Shown one piece after another: positions 1 to 9,204 of a stretch of 64,000 bases of DNA; position 1 is the first letter of the stretch, and each line of letters begins with the position of its first letter. The DNA is taken from NCBI GenBank assembly GCA_963715335.1, contig CAVQRZ010000009.1, positions 117,861-181,860 on the forward strand. Reading direction: 5' to 3'. The DNA comes from an uncultured delta proteobacterium. GTDB taxonomy: Bacteria; Desulfobacterota; Desulfuromonadia; Desulfuromonadales; BM103. Below the pieces are notes generated by a model. It was not told the origin of the DNA. It did no database searches and was given only the letters and a program-made list of their open reading frames with translations. The translations under genes were made by a program, and so were the position numbers.

Positions 1-45
1 CGTGACCAGTTTATCGACCGGGTCTGGGGGAAGGACGAGACATAA
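1..45 (+). CDS. 3' end of a gene entering from the left (RDQFIDRVWGKDET*), product unknown
   Basis: Open frame 1 ending at TAA 43-45, followed by hairpin ctccggca-N-tgccgggg at about 77-100. Confidence 0.4.
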   Translation, partial: RDQFIDRVWGKDET

Positions 46-103
46 ACGAACCTATTCCTCAAGGCAGCCAAACACGCTCCGGCACTTGAATATGCCGGGG
101 CTC

Positions 104-640
104 CAGGCTGCTGACAAAGTTCAGCCTGACTTCATTATAGAGAGGGCAACAGAGAGATAATCTGTTGCCCTTTTCCATTGGACTTTGGAATTCAAAGACA
201 AAAGCAAACCCCGGGGGTTGCGCCCCCCGACTGCGCCTTACTCTTTTATTGGCCTAAAAGAGTAAGCAGAAAAGGGCCTGCGCTGCGCTGGGCATGTCTG
301 GCGCGGCAGGGCGGCAACCTCAATCCGGATCGTTTTAAACGATCAGGAGTCTACGCTTCCCCCGCAGGAATCGAGGCTCTTGAGAGCCTCTCCATTCGTG
401 GAGAGTTGCATCGGTTGTGATGTTTTTACGCTTTTCCCTGGTAAATCACACGGCAAGGTCAGGCCCTTTGACACAGGGCCGGATTCCCATCACAGCAGGT
501 TCTTGAAGTCACAGAAACCCGGCAGAGGAGATGCCCTCCGCAAGGAGCAGGCACTTTTGCATACTTTTGTTGCCGGACAAAAGTATGGCGTCCGGCGGGA
601 CGCGACCCGCCGGTTTTTGTCTTTCAAGAAAAAGCACAAG
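104..640. repeat. ~535-bp multi-hairpin non-coding repeat, copy 1
   Basis: Collinear, clearly homologous copy at 35126-35659; imperfect inverted modules at about 195-280 and 550-626; many internal hairpins. Confidence 0.9.
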
Positions 641-760
641 GGATGCCCCGTTGCGGAAACCAAACATGCCCGCCTCACAGGTAAAACGGCATGACCGCAA
701 GTCACAATATAGCCGCTTGCAGCGGGGCTGCCTACCTGGTGGCGAATTGGCCGGCTGTGA

Positions 761-1162
761 TTATGGCAGCGTCAGATCCGGAGTGCCGCTGCCAATCAGG
801 TCAAGGGCCTGCTCTATTGCAAAGTAGACGAGAAATTTTGGCCCTTTTGAAGAGTCTTCTTCGGGCGTCAGGCAACGCCTGGTCAGCTGCTGAAGCAACG
901 CGGCGTCCTGGTCCTCCCTGACTTTTTTCAGATGCAGCCGTATCCCCTTGTAGCCGCGCTCTGCGGCGATGAACAGGTAGCAGGCATAGGGATTCTTCTC
1001 CAGGTTTTTATGGGTAAGCCGGTCGCGCATGATAAAAGCAAGGGTCCCGTCAGCCATGACGTGCGGCCGGGCATAGATGGCGGCATTGACCTTGCCTTGA
1101 CTGTCGGCACTTGAGAAAACCCCTGTGCCGCTCGCCTTTTCGAAATATTCTTTCAATTGCAT
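761..1162 (-). CDS. Pyridoxamine 5'-phosphate oxidase-like FMN-binding (split barrel) protein
   Basis: 133 aa; G-V-F-S-S-A-D-x-x-G-x-V-N and T-x-x-N-L-x-x-N-P-x-A motifs typical of the family; GGAG RBS upstream. Confidence 0.8.
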   Translation of the reverse strand: MQLKEYFEKASGTGVFSSADSQGKVNAAIYARPHVMADGTLAFIMRDRLTHKNLEKNPYACYLFIAAERGYKGIRLHLKKVREDQDAALLQQLTRRCLTPEEDSSKGPKFLVYFAIEQALDLIGSGTPDLTLP

Positions 1163-1431
1163 GATTATTCTCCTTGGCAGGTTTTGTCTGCTCCTCTAAG
1201 GGTACCCGAAAAAACCCCTGGCACAATTCGGAGCCTGACGATTTCCGCGCCTGAGAGGCCACTGGCCCTCCTCCCGCCCCCTGACAGACCATCCGCTGCC
1301 AAAACACCCAGGATCCCGGCACCGCTAGGGGCTGTAGCCTTTGTTGATATGGCGCACCGCGGAAGATCCGGGCTCCCGGACCGCTGCCCTCCTGTCAGCG
1401 GTTTTGCCACGTCTCACCTGTAGCGGGGAGA

Positions 1432-1453
1432 GGTGACACTCTAGAGTGTCACC
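1432..1453. repeat. Perfect 22-bp palindrome GGTGACACTCTAGAGTGTCACC
   Basis: Read directly; shares GGTGACAC...GTGTCACC arms with 26472-26508. Confidence 0.85.
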
Positions 1454-1460
1454 GTTTCAG

Positions 1461-1497
1461 AAAGAAAAAGGGAGCCAGACAAATTGTCTGGCTCCCT
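1461..1497 (-). terminator. Intrinsic terminator downstream of the outermost tRNA-Arg 3' fragment (likely the original chromosomal tRNA terminator)
   Basis: 12-bp stem agggagccagac/gtctggctccct followed by a T-rich tract on the minus strand. Confidence 0.8.
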
Positions 1498-1506
1498 AAT
1501 CTGAAA

Positions 1507-1551
1507 TGGCGCGCCACGAGAGATTCGAACTCCCGGCCTTCTGATCCGTAG
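1507..1551 (-). repeat. att-like duplicate of tRNA-Arg(ACG) 3' half (outer copy)
   Basis: 45 bp identical to 6319-6363 and 2258-2302, from the anticodon loop to CCA. Confidence 0.95.
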
Positions 1552-1563
1552 AAAATGCGCAGG

Positions 1564-2067
1564 TTACCTCTTGAACGCTGAGAGCATCAATTCAAAGTCT
1601 TCTAAAAGGGCCTGCAGATCCTCTTCGTGTTCTACTTCTTGTTCGATAATCTGCAGAGCCATGTTGTAAGTTACCGGATCCTTATCCTTGGTCATGTCCA
1701 TTAACCTCTTGTAGACACTGATGGCACACTGTTCACCAGCAATGTTCTGCTCCAGAAGTGTTTTCACAAAAGGGTCATCCGGCGGTTCGTACGCGCAGTT
1801 CGTCAGCTTGAACCAGTCGCGCGGATCGGTCACAGGATCACCTCCCAACTGGATGATGCGGTTGGTCACCATCAGAGCATGATTAAGCTCCTCTGTTGCA
1901 TGTAGTTCAAGTTCGGCAATAACCGCTTCCTTCATCGGCCCTTTAGCCACCTTTGCACCCGTCCAATACTGGTAGTATGCAAGCCATTCGTCGGCATAGG
2001 CCTTACGCAGCACTGAGATCAGTTCATCAACATCCAACCCGACTATTTCACGTCCCCTGCTTCCCAT
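1564..2067 (-). CDS. DPS-like (DpsL/thioferritin) ferritin-superfamily protein
   Basis: DEWLAYYQYW, EELNHA, RIIQLGG, EQCAI and EVEHEEDL motifs plus a Cys pair, as in Bacteroides/archaeal DPSL; AGGAGG RBS. Confidence 0.85.
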   Translation of the reverse strand: MGSRGREIVGLDVDELISVLRKAYADEWLAYYQYWTGAKVAKGPMKEAVIAELELHATEELNHALMVTNRIIQLGGDPVTDPRDWFKLTNCAYEPPDDPFVKTLLEQNIAGEQCAISVYKRLMDMTKDKDPVTYNMALQIIEQEVEHEEDLQALLEDFELMLSAFKR

Positions 2068-2210
2068 AAATACCTCCTGATTTATTGATGATTGTCTACA
2101 TCAGTCAGTAAACATACTACATTGTTTGTTTTGAGTTTCCAGTAACGTCAGGCATTTCGGATAAACCTTGTTGCCTAATAAACAGGTAGGTCGCAGTTCT
2201 GTAGAAAATT

Positions 2211-2256
2211 AAAACAAAGGCCTCAACACCGATGAAGTGTTGAGGCCTTTGTTTTT
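2211..2256 (-). terminator. Terminator hairpin following the middle att copy
   Basis: Long stem aaaacaaaggcctcaacac/gtgttgaggcctttgtttt. Confidence 0.8.
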
Positions 2257-2257
2257 A

Positions 2258-2302
2258 TGGCGCGCCACGAGAGATTCGAACTCCCGGCCTTCTGATCCGT
2301 AG
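2258..2302 (-). repeat. att-like duplicate of tRNA-Arg(ACG) 3' half (middle copy)
   Basis: 45 bp identical to the tRNA 3' half. Confidence 0.95.
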
Positions 2303-2602
2303 GCAGCTGGCTCTTTGGCGCAACGGGAGCCCTAACCTAATGAAATACAGTGTTTTTTCTTTTGGTTTTGCTCAACATCCTTTTAGCTCAAAATCGAGCG
2401 TAAAATGGGCTAAAAGCCCATAAAACCTGAAGAGTACAGCGCAACACAGGTGAAACATTTACCACCATGGGACCACCCAAAACAATGGCTTTAACCAAGC
2501 GCGACAATCTTCATTGGCCGCTGCCAAGTTCAGCCTTCTCGCAAGAGACAGGATGTTTACACCATACTTTTAGTCCTTTTTCATATCTGATATATTGCGC
2601 CT

Positions 2603-5011
2603 ATGGAAGAGAATGACAAAGCTGCTATGGGGGAGACTCCCTCGCATGAGACCGCAGATCAATACCAAAAATTACAGGAAGAGAACTCCCGTCTTAAAGC
2701 ATTGCTGAAACAGCATGGAATCTCGTGGGATGAAGAACAAATTAATGCTTCCCGTGTGCCATTGACAAACGACCTGCCGGTATACCTTTCTACCGATCAA
2801 AAAGTTACACTTTTCCGACGTCTTTTTCGCGGGCGAGTGGACATTTATCCAACACGCTGGAAATCAGCAAAAGGGAGGTCCGGTTACTCCCCTGCCTGTG
2901 GCAATGAATGGAAGACAGGTCTGTGTAATAAACCAAAAATAAAATGTGCTGATTGCAACTATCGTCTCTTTCTTCCAGTCACAGATCAGGTTATTTACGA
3001 CCATTTGTCAGGCAAGAATATCGTCGGAGTCTACCCGCTTCTTGAGGATGACACTTGCTATTTTCTTGCTGTTGATTTCGATAAATCCGAATGGAAAGAA
3101 GACTCCAAGTCTTTTATACAATCGTGCATTGAACTAGATATCCCTGCAGCATTGGAGATCTCACGTTCTGGAAAAGGTGCTCATGTTTGGGTCTTCTTCT
3201 CCCATTCTGTGCCTGCCCGTGAGGCCAGGCAGTTGGGTGCTGCACTGATCAGCTATACCTGTGATAAAACCCGCCAACTTTCCCTTGCCAGCTACGACCG
3301 GTTCTTCCCGAATCAAGATATTATGCCCAAGGGTGGCTTCGGCAACTTGATTGCTCTGCCATTGCAGAAACAACCCCGTGAAAACGGCTGTAGCGTCTTT
3401 GTTGACCACGACCTAACCCCATACTCAGACCAATGGCAATACCTGTTGTCACTGAAGCCAATGGCCCCGTCTGAACTTGAGGGTGCGCTGCTCCGTGCAT
3501 GTGATGGCAAGCATCCCCTTGATGTGGCTTTTCTGTCTGAAGAAAATGATTACAAGCCGTGGCAAAGGCCGTTAGCTGCTCAGAACCAAATTTCCGGGTC
3601 GCTCCCAGAGGAATTAAACCTGGTCGTAGCCAATCAGGTTTTCATTGCAAAAAATGATCTCCCCCAAACCTTGGCAAATCGACTGATTCGCATAGCGGCG
3701 TTTCAGAATCCTGAGTTCTACAAGGCTCAAGCAATGCGCTTGCCCGTTTGGGATAAGCCACGCATCATCGGATGCGCTGAAAACTTCCCACATCATATCG
3801 GTCTGCCAAGTGGTTGTCTGGAACCTGTGCTTGAATTGTTGGCGCAGAATAACGTCCGGGCGGTAATTCAGAATGAGCAAGTATCAGGCAAGAAGATTAC
3901 AACCAAGTTTACCGGTCAGTTGCGTAACGACCAAAAGACTTCAGTCAGAAATATGATGAAGCACAACATGGGTGTGCTTTGCGCCCCAACAGCTTTTGGA
4001 AAGACTGTTACGGCTGCCGCGATGATTGCACGCCGTAAGGTGAGTACCTTGATTTTAGTTCATCGAACGGAACTTCTGACTCAATGGAAGGAAAGAATGG
4101 CGACATTCCTTGATCTTCCCAAGGGGCTACCTGGTGCCCTTGGAGGGGGCAAAAACAAACTCTCTGGGGAAATTGATATTGCCGTTATGCAGTCACTATC
4201 TAAGCGGGAAGATATACATGAGATTCTTGATTCTTATGGCCAAATCATTATCGATGAATGTCATCATATCTCAGCTTTTTCTTTTGAGACGATCCTTAAG
4301 CAGGCAAAAGCCAAATTTATTCTTGGCCTGACAGCAACACCCGTAAGACGTGATGGTCATCATCCCATAATTTTCATGCAATGCGGTCCCATTAGGCACA
4401 CTGCTGCCCAACCAAAGAACCTGCCAACGGAACTTAAGGTATGGCCACAATATGTTCCTGCACCGAGTTGTCCACATGATGCAGAAATCCAGGAGGTCTT
4501 TAAAGCACTTGTCAACGATGTTAAGCGAACAGAGAAAATTGCCAGTGATATTGTCAATGCGTATCAAGAAGGAAGAAAAGTCTTGGTTCTGACCGAGCGA
4601 ACTGAACATTTGAGCCTGCTGCAGACTTGTTTGGCTGAAGCTGTCCCAACCTGCTATGTTCTTCATGGTCGTCTGTCAAAAAAACAGCGGGCAGCAACAT
4701 TCGACTCACTTAGCGAACTCGATGAAAAGGCCCCCAGAGTTCTTCTGGCAACAGGCCGTTTCATAGGTGAAGGCTTTGATCATCCACCTCTTGACACGTT
4801 GGTGCTCGCCATGCCCATTTCATGGAAAGGAACACTGCAGCAGTATGCTGGCCGGTTACACCGTGAGCATTCGGAGAAAAAGGACGTTCGAATCTATGAC
4901 TACATTGAGCGCGACCAGCCAAAACTCGCTAGGATGTGGGATAAACGTGAACGAGGTTATCGTGCAATGGGGTACAAGGTTTGCTCACAGCAAATTAAGT
5001 CTGACGGTTGA
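2603..5011 (+). CDS. AEP primase-like (TOTE-type) domain fused to SF2 DEAD/DEAH (ResIII-like) helicase
   Basis: N-terminal LFRGRxD, AVDFD, SRSGKGAHVW and FGNLIALPLQ motifs; C-terminal APTAFGKT, IIDECHH, GLTATP, GEGFD and QYAGRLHR motifs. Confidence 0.85.
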   Translation: MEENDKAAMGETPSHETADQYQKLQEENSRLKALLKQHGISWDEEQINASRVPLTNDLPVYLSTDQKVTLFRRLFRGRVDIYPTRWKSAKGRSGYSPACGNEWKTGLCNKPKIKCADCNYRLFLPVTDQVIYDHLSGKNIVGVYPLLEDDTCYFLAVDFDKSEWKEDSKSFIQSCIELDIPAALEISRSGKGAHVWVFFSHSVPAREARQLGAALISYTCDKTRQLSLASYDRFFPNQDIMPKGGFGNLIALPLQKQPRENGCSVFVDHDLTPYSDQWQYLLSLKPMAPSELEGALLRACDGKHPLDVAFLSEENDYKPWQRPLAAQNQISGSLPEELNLVVANQVFIAKNDLPQTLANRLIRIAAFQNPEFYKAQAMRLPVWDKPRIIGCAENFPHHIGLPSGCLEPVLELLAQNNVRAVIQNEQVSGKKITTKFTGQLRNDQKTSVRNMMKHNMGVLCAPTAFGKTVTAAAMIARRKVSTLILVHRTELLTQWKERMATFLDLPKGLPGALGGGKNKLSGEIDIAVMQSLSKREDIHEILDSYGQIIIDECHHISAFSFETILKQAKAKFILGLTATPVRRDGHHPIIFMQCGPIRHTAAQPKNLPTELKVWPQYVPAPSCPHDAEIQEVFKALVNDVKRTEKIASDIVNAYQEGRKVLVLTERTEHLSLLQTCLAEAVPTCYVLHGRLSKKQRAATFDSLSELDEKAPRVLLATGRFIGEGFDHPPLDTLVLAMPISWKGTLQQYAGRLHREHSEKKDVRIYDYIERDQPKLARMWDKRERGYRAMGYKVCSQQIKSDG

Positions 5012-5134
5012 TTTTTGAGACAGGTCGAACTTTGACGTTTCAGGTCAATAAACGTATATTACCGAGTGTGACAGTTGCTTGGTCACGACACGCTGCTCGC
5101 AACTGACTATTTTGCAGATAAAAGAAAAGACCTA

Positions 5135-6109
5135 ATGAGTGATATTGTTATTTATCAGGCTGATGACGGACATCCGGGACTACAAGTCCAGTTGGACCAA
5201 GAAACGGTCTGGTTGACCCAGAAACAGATGGCTGAGCTGTTTGACAAAGACATTAGAACGGTCAATGAACATCTGAAAAATATTTTTAAAGAGGATGAGT
5301 TGGAGGAGGATTCAGTTGTCCGGAAATTCCGGATAACTGCCGCTGATGGGAAATCCTATAATGTGGGCCACTACAATCTCGATGTCATTATCTCCGTAGG
5401 GTATCGAGTAAAGTCTGTTCAGGGGACCCGTTTTCGTCAGTGGGCCACCCATACCCTCCGCAGTCACATTGTCGAAGGCTATACAGTCAACCAGCAACGC
5501 TTGGAAGAACAGGCTCAAAAATTTGTTGAGCTGCAAAAAGTGGTTGATCTCTTTTCCCGCACCCTGGATCAGCAGCAACTGATCAGCGATACTGGACGAG
5601 ATGTGTTACAGGTCATCACCGACTACTCCTACGCCCTGGACACTCTCGACCGTTTTGACCACGGAAGCTTGTCTGTAGAGGCAACCAGTGGTCCTGCAAG
5701 TTTCGTACTGCAATATAATGAGGCAATTTCAATCGTTCAGTCTATGAAAAAAGATTTCGATGGGCTCTTCGGTCAAGAAAAGGACCAAGGTTTCAAGAGC
5801 GCTCTCGGCGCCATCTCTCAGACCTTTGATGGCAAGGATGTCTATGTTAGCATTGAGGAGAAAGCCGCCCATCTACTTTACTTCATCGTCAAGAACCACG
5901 CTTTTACCGATGGAAACAAGCGCATTGCCGCTGCTGTTTTTATCTATTTTTTGGCGCGGAACGGAATCCTCTACCGTCCCGACGGAAGCAAGCGTCTGGC
6001 CGACAATGCCCTGGTGGCGCTCACATTACTGATTGCCGAAAGTCGACCGGAAGAGAAGGACACCATCATTAAGGTTATTGTTAATCTAATTAACCAAAGC
6101 AACGATTGA
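5135..6109 (+). CDS. RhuM-like/Fic-DOC family protein
   Basis: ETVWLTQKQMAELF and YNLDVIISVGYRVKS (RhuM) plus the Fic motif HAFTDGNKR. Confidence 0.9.
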   Translation: MSDIVIYQADDGHPGLQVQLDQETVWLTQKQMAELFDKDIRTVNEHLKNIFKEDELEEDSVVRKFRITAADGKSYNVGHYNLDVIISVGYRVKSVQGTRFRQWATHTLRSHIVEGYTVNQQRLEEQAQKFVELQKVVDLFSRTLDQQQLISDTGRDVLQVITDYSYALDTLDRFDHGSLSVEATSGPASFVLQYNEAISIVQSMKKDFDGLFGQEKDQGFKSALGAISQTFDGKDVYVSIEEKAAHLLYFIVKNHAFTDGNKRIAAAVFIYFLARNGILYRPDGSKRLADNALVALTLLIAESRPEEKDTIIKVIVNLINQSND

Positions 6110-6274
6110 CAAGAGTGAGTGCCAGTCGCACGGTCCTGACAGATCTCTTTTCAAGTCAAGCCATCACATCACCATCCTGTTTCGCAAGTCTGCAAACTTC
6201 CTATAAACCTAGCCCCTACGACGAACCACTAAAATAGTCACCGGAACCTCCACAGACCACACAGCACTAAAATT

Positions 6275-6310
6275 AAAAAATGACTTAGCCTTATAATGGG
6301 CTAAGTCATT
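6275..6310 (-). terminator. Islet-supplied terminator behind the intact tRNA-Arg
   Basis: Stem aatgacttagcc/ggctaagtcatt with a T-run on the minus strand. Confidence 0.75.
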
Positions 6311-6318
6311 GATTTAAT

Positions 6319-6395
<77 letters not shown>

Positions 6396-6407
6396 AAAGG
6401 AACGAGG

Positions 6408-6436
6408 TTTATCGCTTAATGGTAACCGAATGTCAA
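6408..6436 (-). promoter_or_regulatory. Probable sigma70 promoter of tRNA-Arg
   Basis: TTGACA-N17-GATAAA just upstream of the tRNA. Confidence 0.55.
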
Positions 6437-6454
6437 GCCTTTTCAAGCCGGACG

Positions 6455-6614
6455 GTTAAACTGGCGGAGAGGGGGGGATTCGCCCACTCCCTCGCCAACT
6501 CGCGTTGGCTCCTGCGTAGGCTCCCCTACACTCACTGCCGCGAACCTCTCGGTTCGCTCTTCTGTCACTGGCAGCGTTCGCTCCGCTTCGAATCCCCGGA
6601 AGCGTTACAAGTAA
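6455..6614 (-). repeat. tRNA-linked structured repeat behind tRNA-Ser(GCT)
   Basis: 28-bp duplicate of the tRNA 3' end and trailer (6455-6482 = 6615-6642); body homologous to 6773-6933. Confidence 0.9.
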
Positions 6615-6621
6615 GTTAAAC

Positions 6622-6711
<90 letters not shown>

Positions 6712-6737
6712 GCTAACCACAAGTTTCGCGGACGCAC

Positions 6738-6766
6738 AGTGTAGTGCCGTCGTCCGCAATTTTCAA
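6738..6766 (-). promoter_or_regulatory. Probable sigma70 promoter of tRNA-Ser(GCT)
   Basis: TTGAAA-N17-TACACT. Confidence 0.55.
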
Positions 6767-6772
6767 TCCTTA

Positions 6773-6933
6773 AATTTGGCGGAGGAGGTAGGATTCGCCC
6801 ACTACGTCACCAGCTTCGCTGGTTCCTGCGTCGGCTCCCCTACGCTCACTGCCGCGGACGTGCCGTCCGCTCTTCTGCCACTGGCAGCGTTCGCTCCGCT
6901 TCGAATCCTACAGAATCCTGCGAAGCAAACTTG
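6773..6933 (-). repeat. tRNA-linked structured repeat behind tRNA-Ser(TGA)
   Basis: 25-bp duplicate of the tRNA 3' end (6773-6797 = 6934-6958); body homologous to 6455-6614. Confidence 0.9.
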
Positions 6934-6937
6934 AATT

Positions 6938-7023
6938 TGGCGGAGGAGGTAGGATTCGAACCCACGGAACTTTCGTTCAACGGTTTTCAAGACCGCCGCC
7001 TTAAGCCACTCGGCCACTCCTCC
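6938..7023 (-). tRNA. tRNA-Ser(TGA)
   Basis: 86 nt, anticodon arm gcggt-ctTGAaa-accgt, variable arm, CCA. Confidence 0.98.
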
Positions 7024-7058
7024 GTGCTGATACCTTTTATACGAAGCGGCGCTCCGTA

Positions 7059-8327
7059 TCAACCGATTTTTTCCAAACCGCCCATATAGGGGCGCAAAAC
7101 CGCCGGGACGACGACCGATCCGTCTTCCTGCTGGTAGTTTTCCAGAACCGCCACCAGGGTGCGACCGACAGCCAGCCCCGAACCGTTCAGGGTGTGCACG
7201 AACTCCGGTTTGCTGCCCGCCTCGCGGCGGAAGCGGATGCCGGCGCGGCGCGCCTGGAAGTCGCGGAAATTCGAGCAGGACGAAATCTCGCGGTAGGCCT
7301 GCTGGCCCGGCAGCCAGACTTCGATATCGAAAGTCCGGGCGGCGGAGAAGCCGATGTCGGCGGTACACAGATCGACCACCCGGTAGGGCAGCTCGAGCGC
7401 CTGCAGGATCCCTTCGGCATCGGCAAGCAGTCTGGCCAGTTCGGCGTCGGAGTCTTCCGGCCGGGTGAACTTGACCAGTTCAACCTTGTTGAACTGGTGC
7501 TGGCGGATCAGACCCCGCGTATCGCGGCCGTGCGCACCGGCCTCCTTGCGGAAGCAGGGTGTGTACGCTGCAAAACAGATCGGCAGCAGGGCGCCGTCAA
7601 GGATCTCTTCGCGAAAGACGTTGGTCACCGGCACTTCGGCGGTCGGAATCAGGAAGTAATCGGGGTCGTCAAGGTGGAAGAGATCTGACTCGAATTTCGG
7701 CAGCTGGCCGGTGCCGGTCATGGCATCGCGGTTAACCATGAAGGGCGGCAGCATCTCGGTATACCTGTCGCCAGCGGTATGGGTGTCGAGCATGAAATTG
7801 ATCAGGGCGCGCTCGAGCCGGGCACCGGCGCCCTTGGAGAGGGCGAAGCGGGCACCGGTAATCTTGGTCGCACGTTCGAAATCGATAATGTCCAGATCCT
7901 CGCCGATATCCCAATGGGCCTTCGGTTCGAAACTGAACTCGCGTGGCGTCCCCCAGCGGCTGCGCTCCGGGTTGTCCTCTTCCGAAGCGCCGATCGGGCA
8001 TTCCGGATCGGGCAGGTTCGGCAGGGTCAACAGCAGGCCGTTGAGGTTGTCTTCAACCTGGCGCAGCGCCTCGTCAAGCTCCTTGATCGCCGCCGAGACC
8101 TCCTTCATCCGGGCAATCTCGCCCTGGACCTGGCCCTTGTCTTTAGTCTTGCCGATCAGCGCAGAGACCTGGTTGCGTTCGGCCTTGAGGGTTTCCGCTT
8201 CGCCGAGCAATTCACGGCGGCGCCCGTCGAGTTGACGAAAGCTGCCGAGATCGACGACTCCACCACGGGTGGTCAGGCGATGTTCGATATCGTGCAGATT
8301 GTCGCGCAGAAATTTGAGATCGAGCAT
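7059..8327 (-). CDS. serS: Serine--tRNA ligase
   Basis: MLDLKFLR start; [28 protein letters not shown] and [12 protein letters not shown] motifs. Confidence 0.98.
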   Translation of the reverse strand: MLDLKFLRDNLHDIEHRLTTRGGVVDLGSFRQLDGRRRELLGEAETLKAERNQVSALIGKTKDKGQVQGEIARMKEVSAAIKELDEALRQVEDNLNGLLLTLPNLPDPECPIGASEEDNPERSRWGTPREFSFEPKAHWDIGEDLDIIDFERATKITGARFALSKGAGARLERALINFMLDTHTAGDRYTEMLPPFMVNRDAMTGTGQLPKFESDLFHLDDPDYFLIPTAEVPVTNVFREEILDGALLPICFAAYTPCFRKEAGAHGRDTRGLIRQHQFNKVELVKFTRPEDSDAELARLLADAEGILQALELPYRVVDLCTADIGFSAARTFDIEVWLPGQQAYREISSCSNFRDFQARRAGIRFRREAGSKPEFVHTLNGSGLAVGRTLVAVLENYQQEDGSVVVPAVLRPYMGGLEKIG

Positions 8328-8462
8328 TGGAATTGCTCCGCAATTCAGATAAGCGTTGAAGGTGAAAAGTAAAAGGGAACCGCTGTACAGCATTCCCGAG
8401 TCAAGAGAGGGAGTTCTAACACCTCTTGTTGGTCGCGTCAAGCCTCCGCCAGCCCCCAGCCC

Positions 8463-9035
8463 CTAGCCCCCGCCTTTAACCCACCAGTCGATATCGTCAT
8501 CGAACCACCAGCGCGTCGAATCGGTTTCCCAGATCGTTTCTGCCAGGGTCCTCGCGTTCTCGGTCTGCAGCCGTTTAACGGTGGCCGGATACCATTCATC
8601 GGCGTAGCGATTGCCGAGGTCCTTATACTCCTTGAGCGCCAGGATCATCTCCAACTGGTCTGCGTCGTGGGCCAGGCACGCTTCACGGGTCAGGTTCGCC
8701 GCGAATTCTTCATGCAGGCTGCGGTAGTCGTCGCCGAAGGGCAGGGTGCGGGCCAGGTCCTCGACGGCCTTGCGTTCATCAACCTTGACGTACTTCTTGT
8801 TGACATAGTTGAGATCGCCGGTGCGCGCTTCGGGAATATCATGGAACAGGCAGAGCAATACCACCCGGCCGGCATCGGCTTCGGCATCAAGCTGGGCCAA
8901 GGTGTAGCCGATCAGGCTGGTGCGAAAGATATGCTCGGCAACCGATTCGGCACCGGAACCGAGGAACTGGAAACCGGTGCGTGGCGTACGCTTGAGCATG
9001 CCTGCTTCGAAGAGAAAGTTGGCGATGTTTTTCAT
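8463..9035 (-). CDS. HD-domain hydrolase (YfbR/HDDC2-like 5'-deoxynucleotidase family)
   Basis: LKRTPRTG, ESVAEH, LFHD and DADQLE motifs. Confidence 0.88.
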   Translation of the reverse strand: MKNIANFLFEAGMLKRTPRTGFQFLGSGAESVAEHIFRTSLIGYTLAQLDAEADAGRVVLLCLFHDIPEARTGDLNYVNKKYVKVDERKAVEDLARTLPFGDDYRSLHEEFAANLTREACLAHDADQLEMILALKEYKDLGNRYADEWYPATVKRLQTENARTLAETIWETDSTRWWFDDDIDWWVKGGG

Positions 9036-9204
9036 AGCATGTCCATGGTTCGGGAGGATGGGTACAGGTAAGTTTTAACGCAAAGGCGCAGAGGACGCAA
9101 AGAAATATCGGGACGAGCAAGGCTGGCGACAAACCAAAGCATGTCAATCGACTTTTACTTTTGATTTTCCGCGTTCCTCGTACCGCGTACCGCGTCCCTG
9201 GCTT

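Larger units (their letters stand above)
1552..2257. mobile_element. Tiny tRNA-Arg-integrated islet carrying one ferritin-like gene, no integrase
   Basis: Bounded by 45-bp att copies; visibly more AT-rich than the core genes. Confidence 0.75.
2303..6318. mobile_element. ~4-kb tRNA-Arg-integrated islet, two cargo genes, no integrase
   Basis: Lies between the intact tRNA and a 45-bp att copy; AT-richer than the host; genes of defence-island type. Confidence 0.8.

Noticed and set aside
178..921. Short ORFs within the repeat, with similar peptides at 35047-35439 and 35480-35746
   Set aside because: The similarity comes from the non-coding repeat; starts and frames are not preserved between copies
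1200..1430. Possible glycine riboswitch (CTCTCAGG on the minus strand) upstream of the FMN-binding gene
   Set aside because: The other conserved elements (GGAGA, CCGAAG) are not in the right arrangement
1507..2302. Possible extra tRNA genes or CRISPR-like repeats
   Set aside because: Only 3' halves of tRNA-Arg with kb-scale unequal spacing; no cas genes. These are att duplicates
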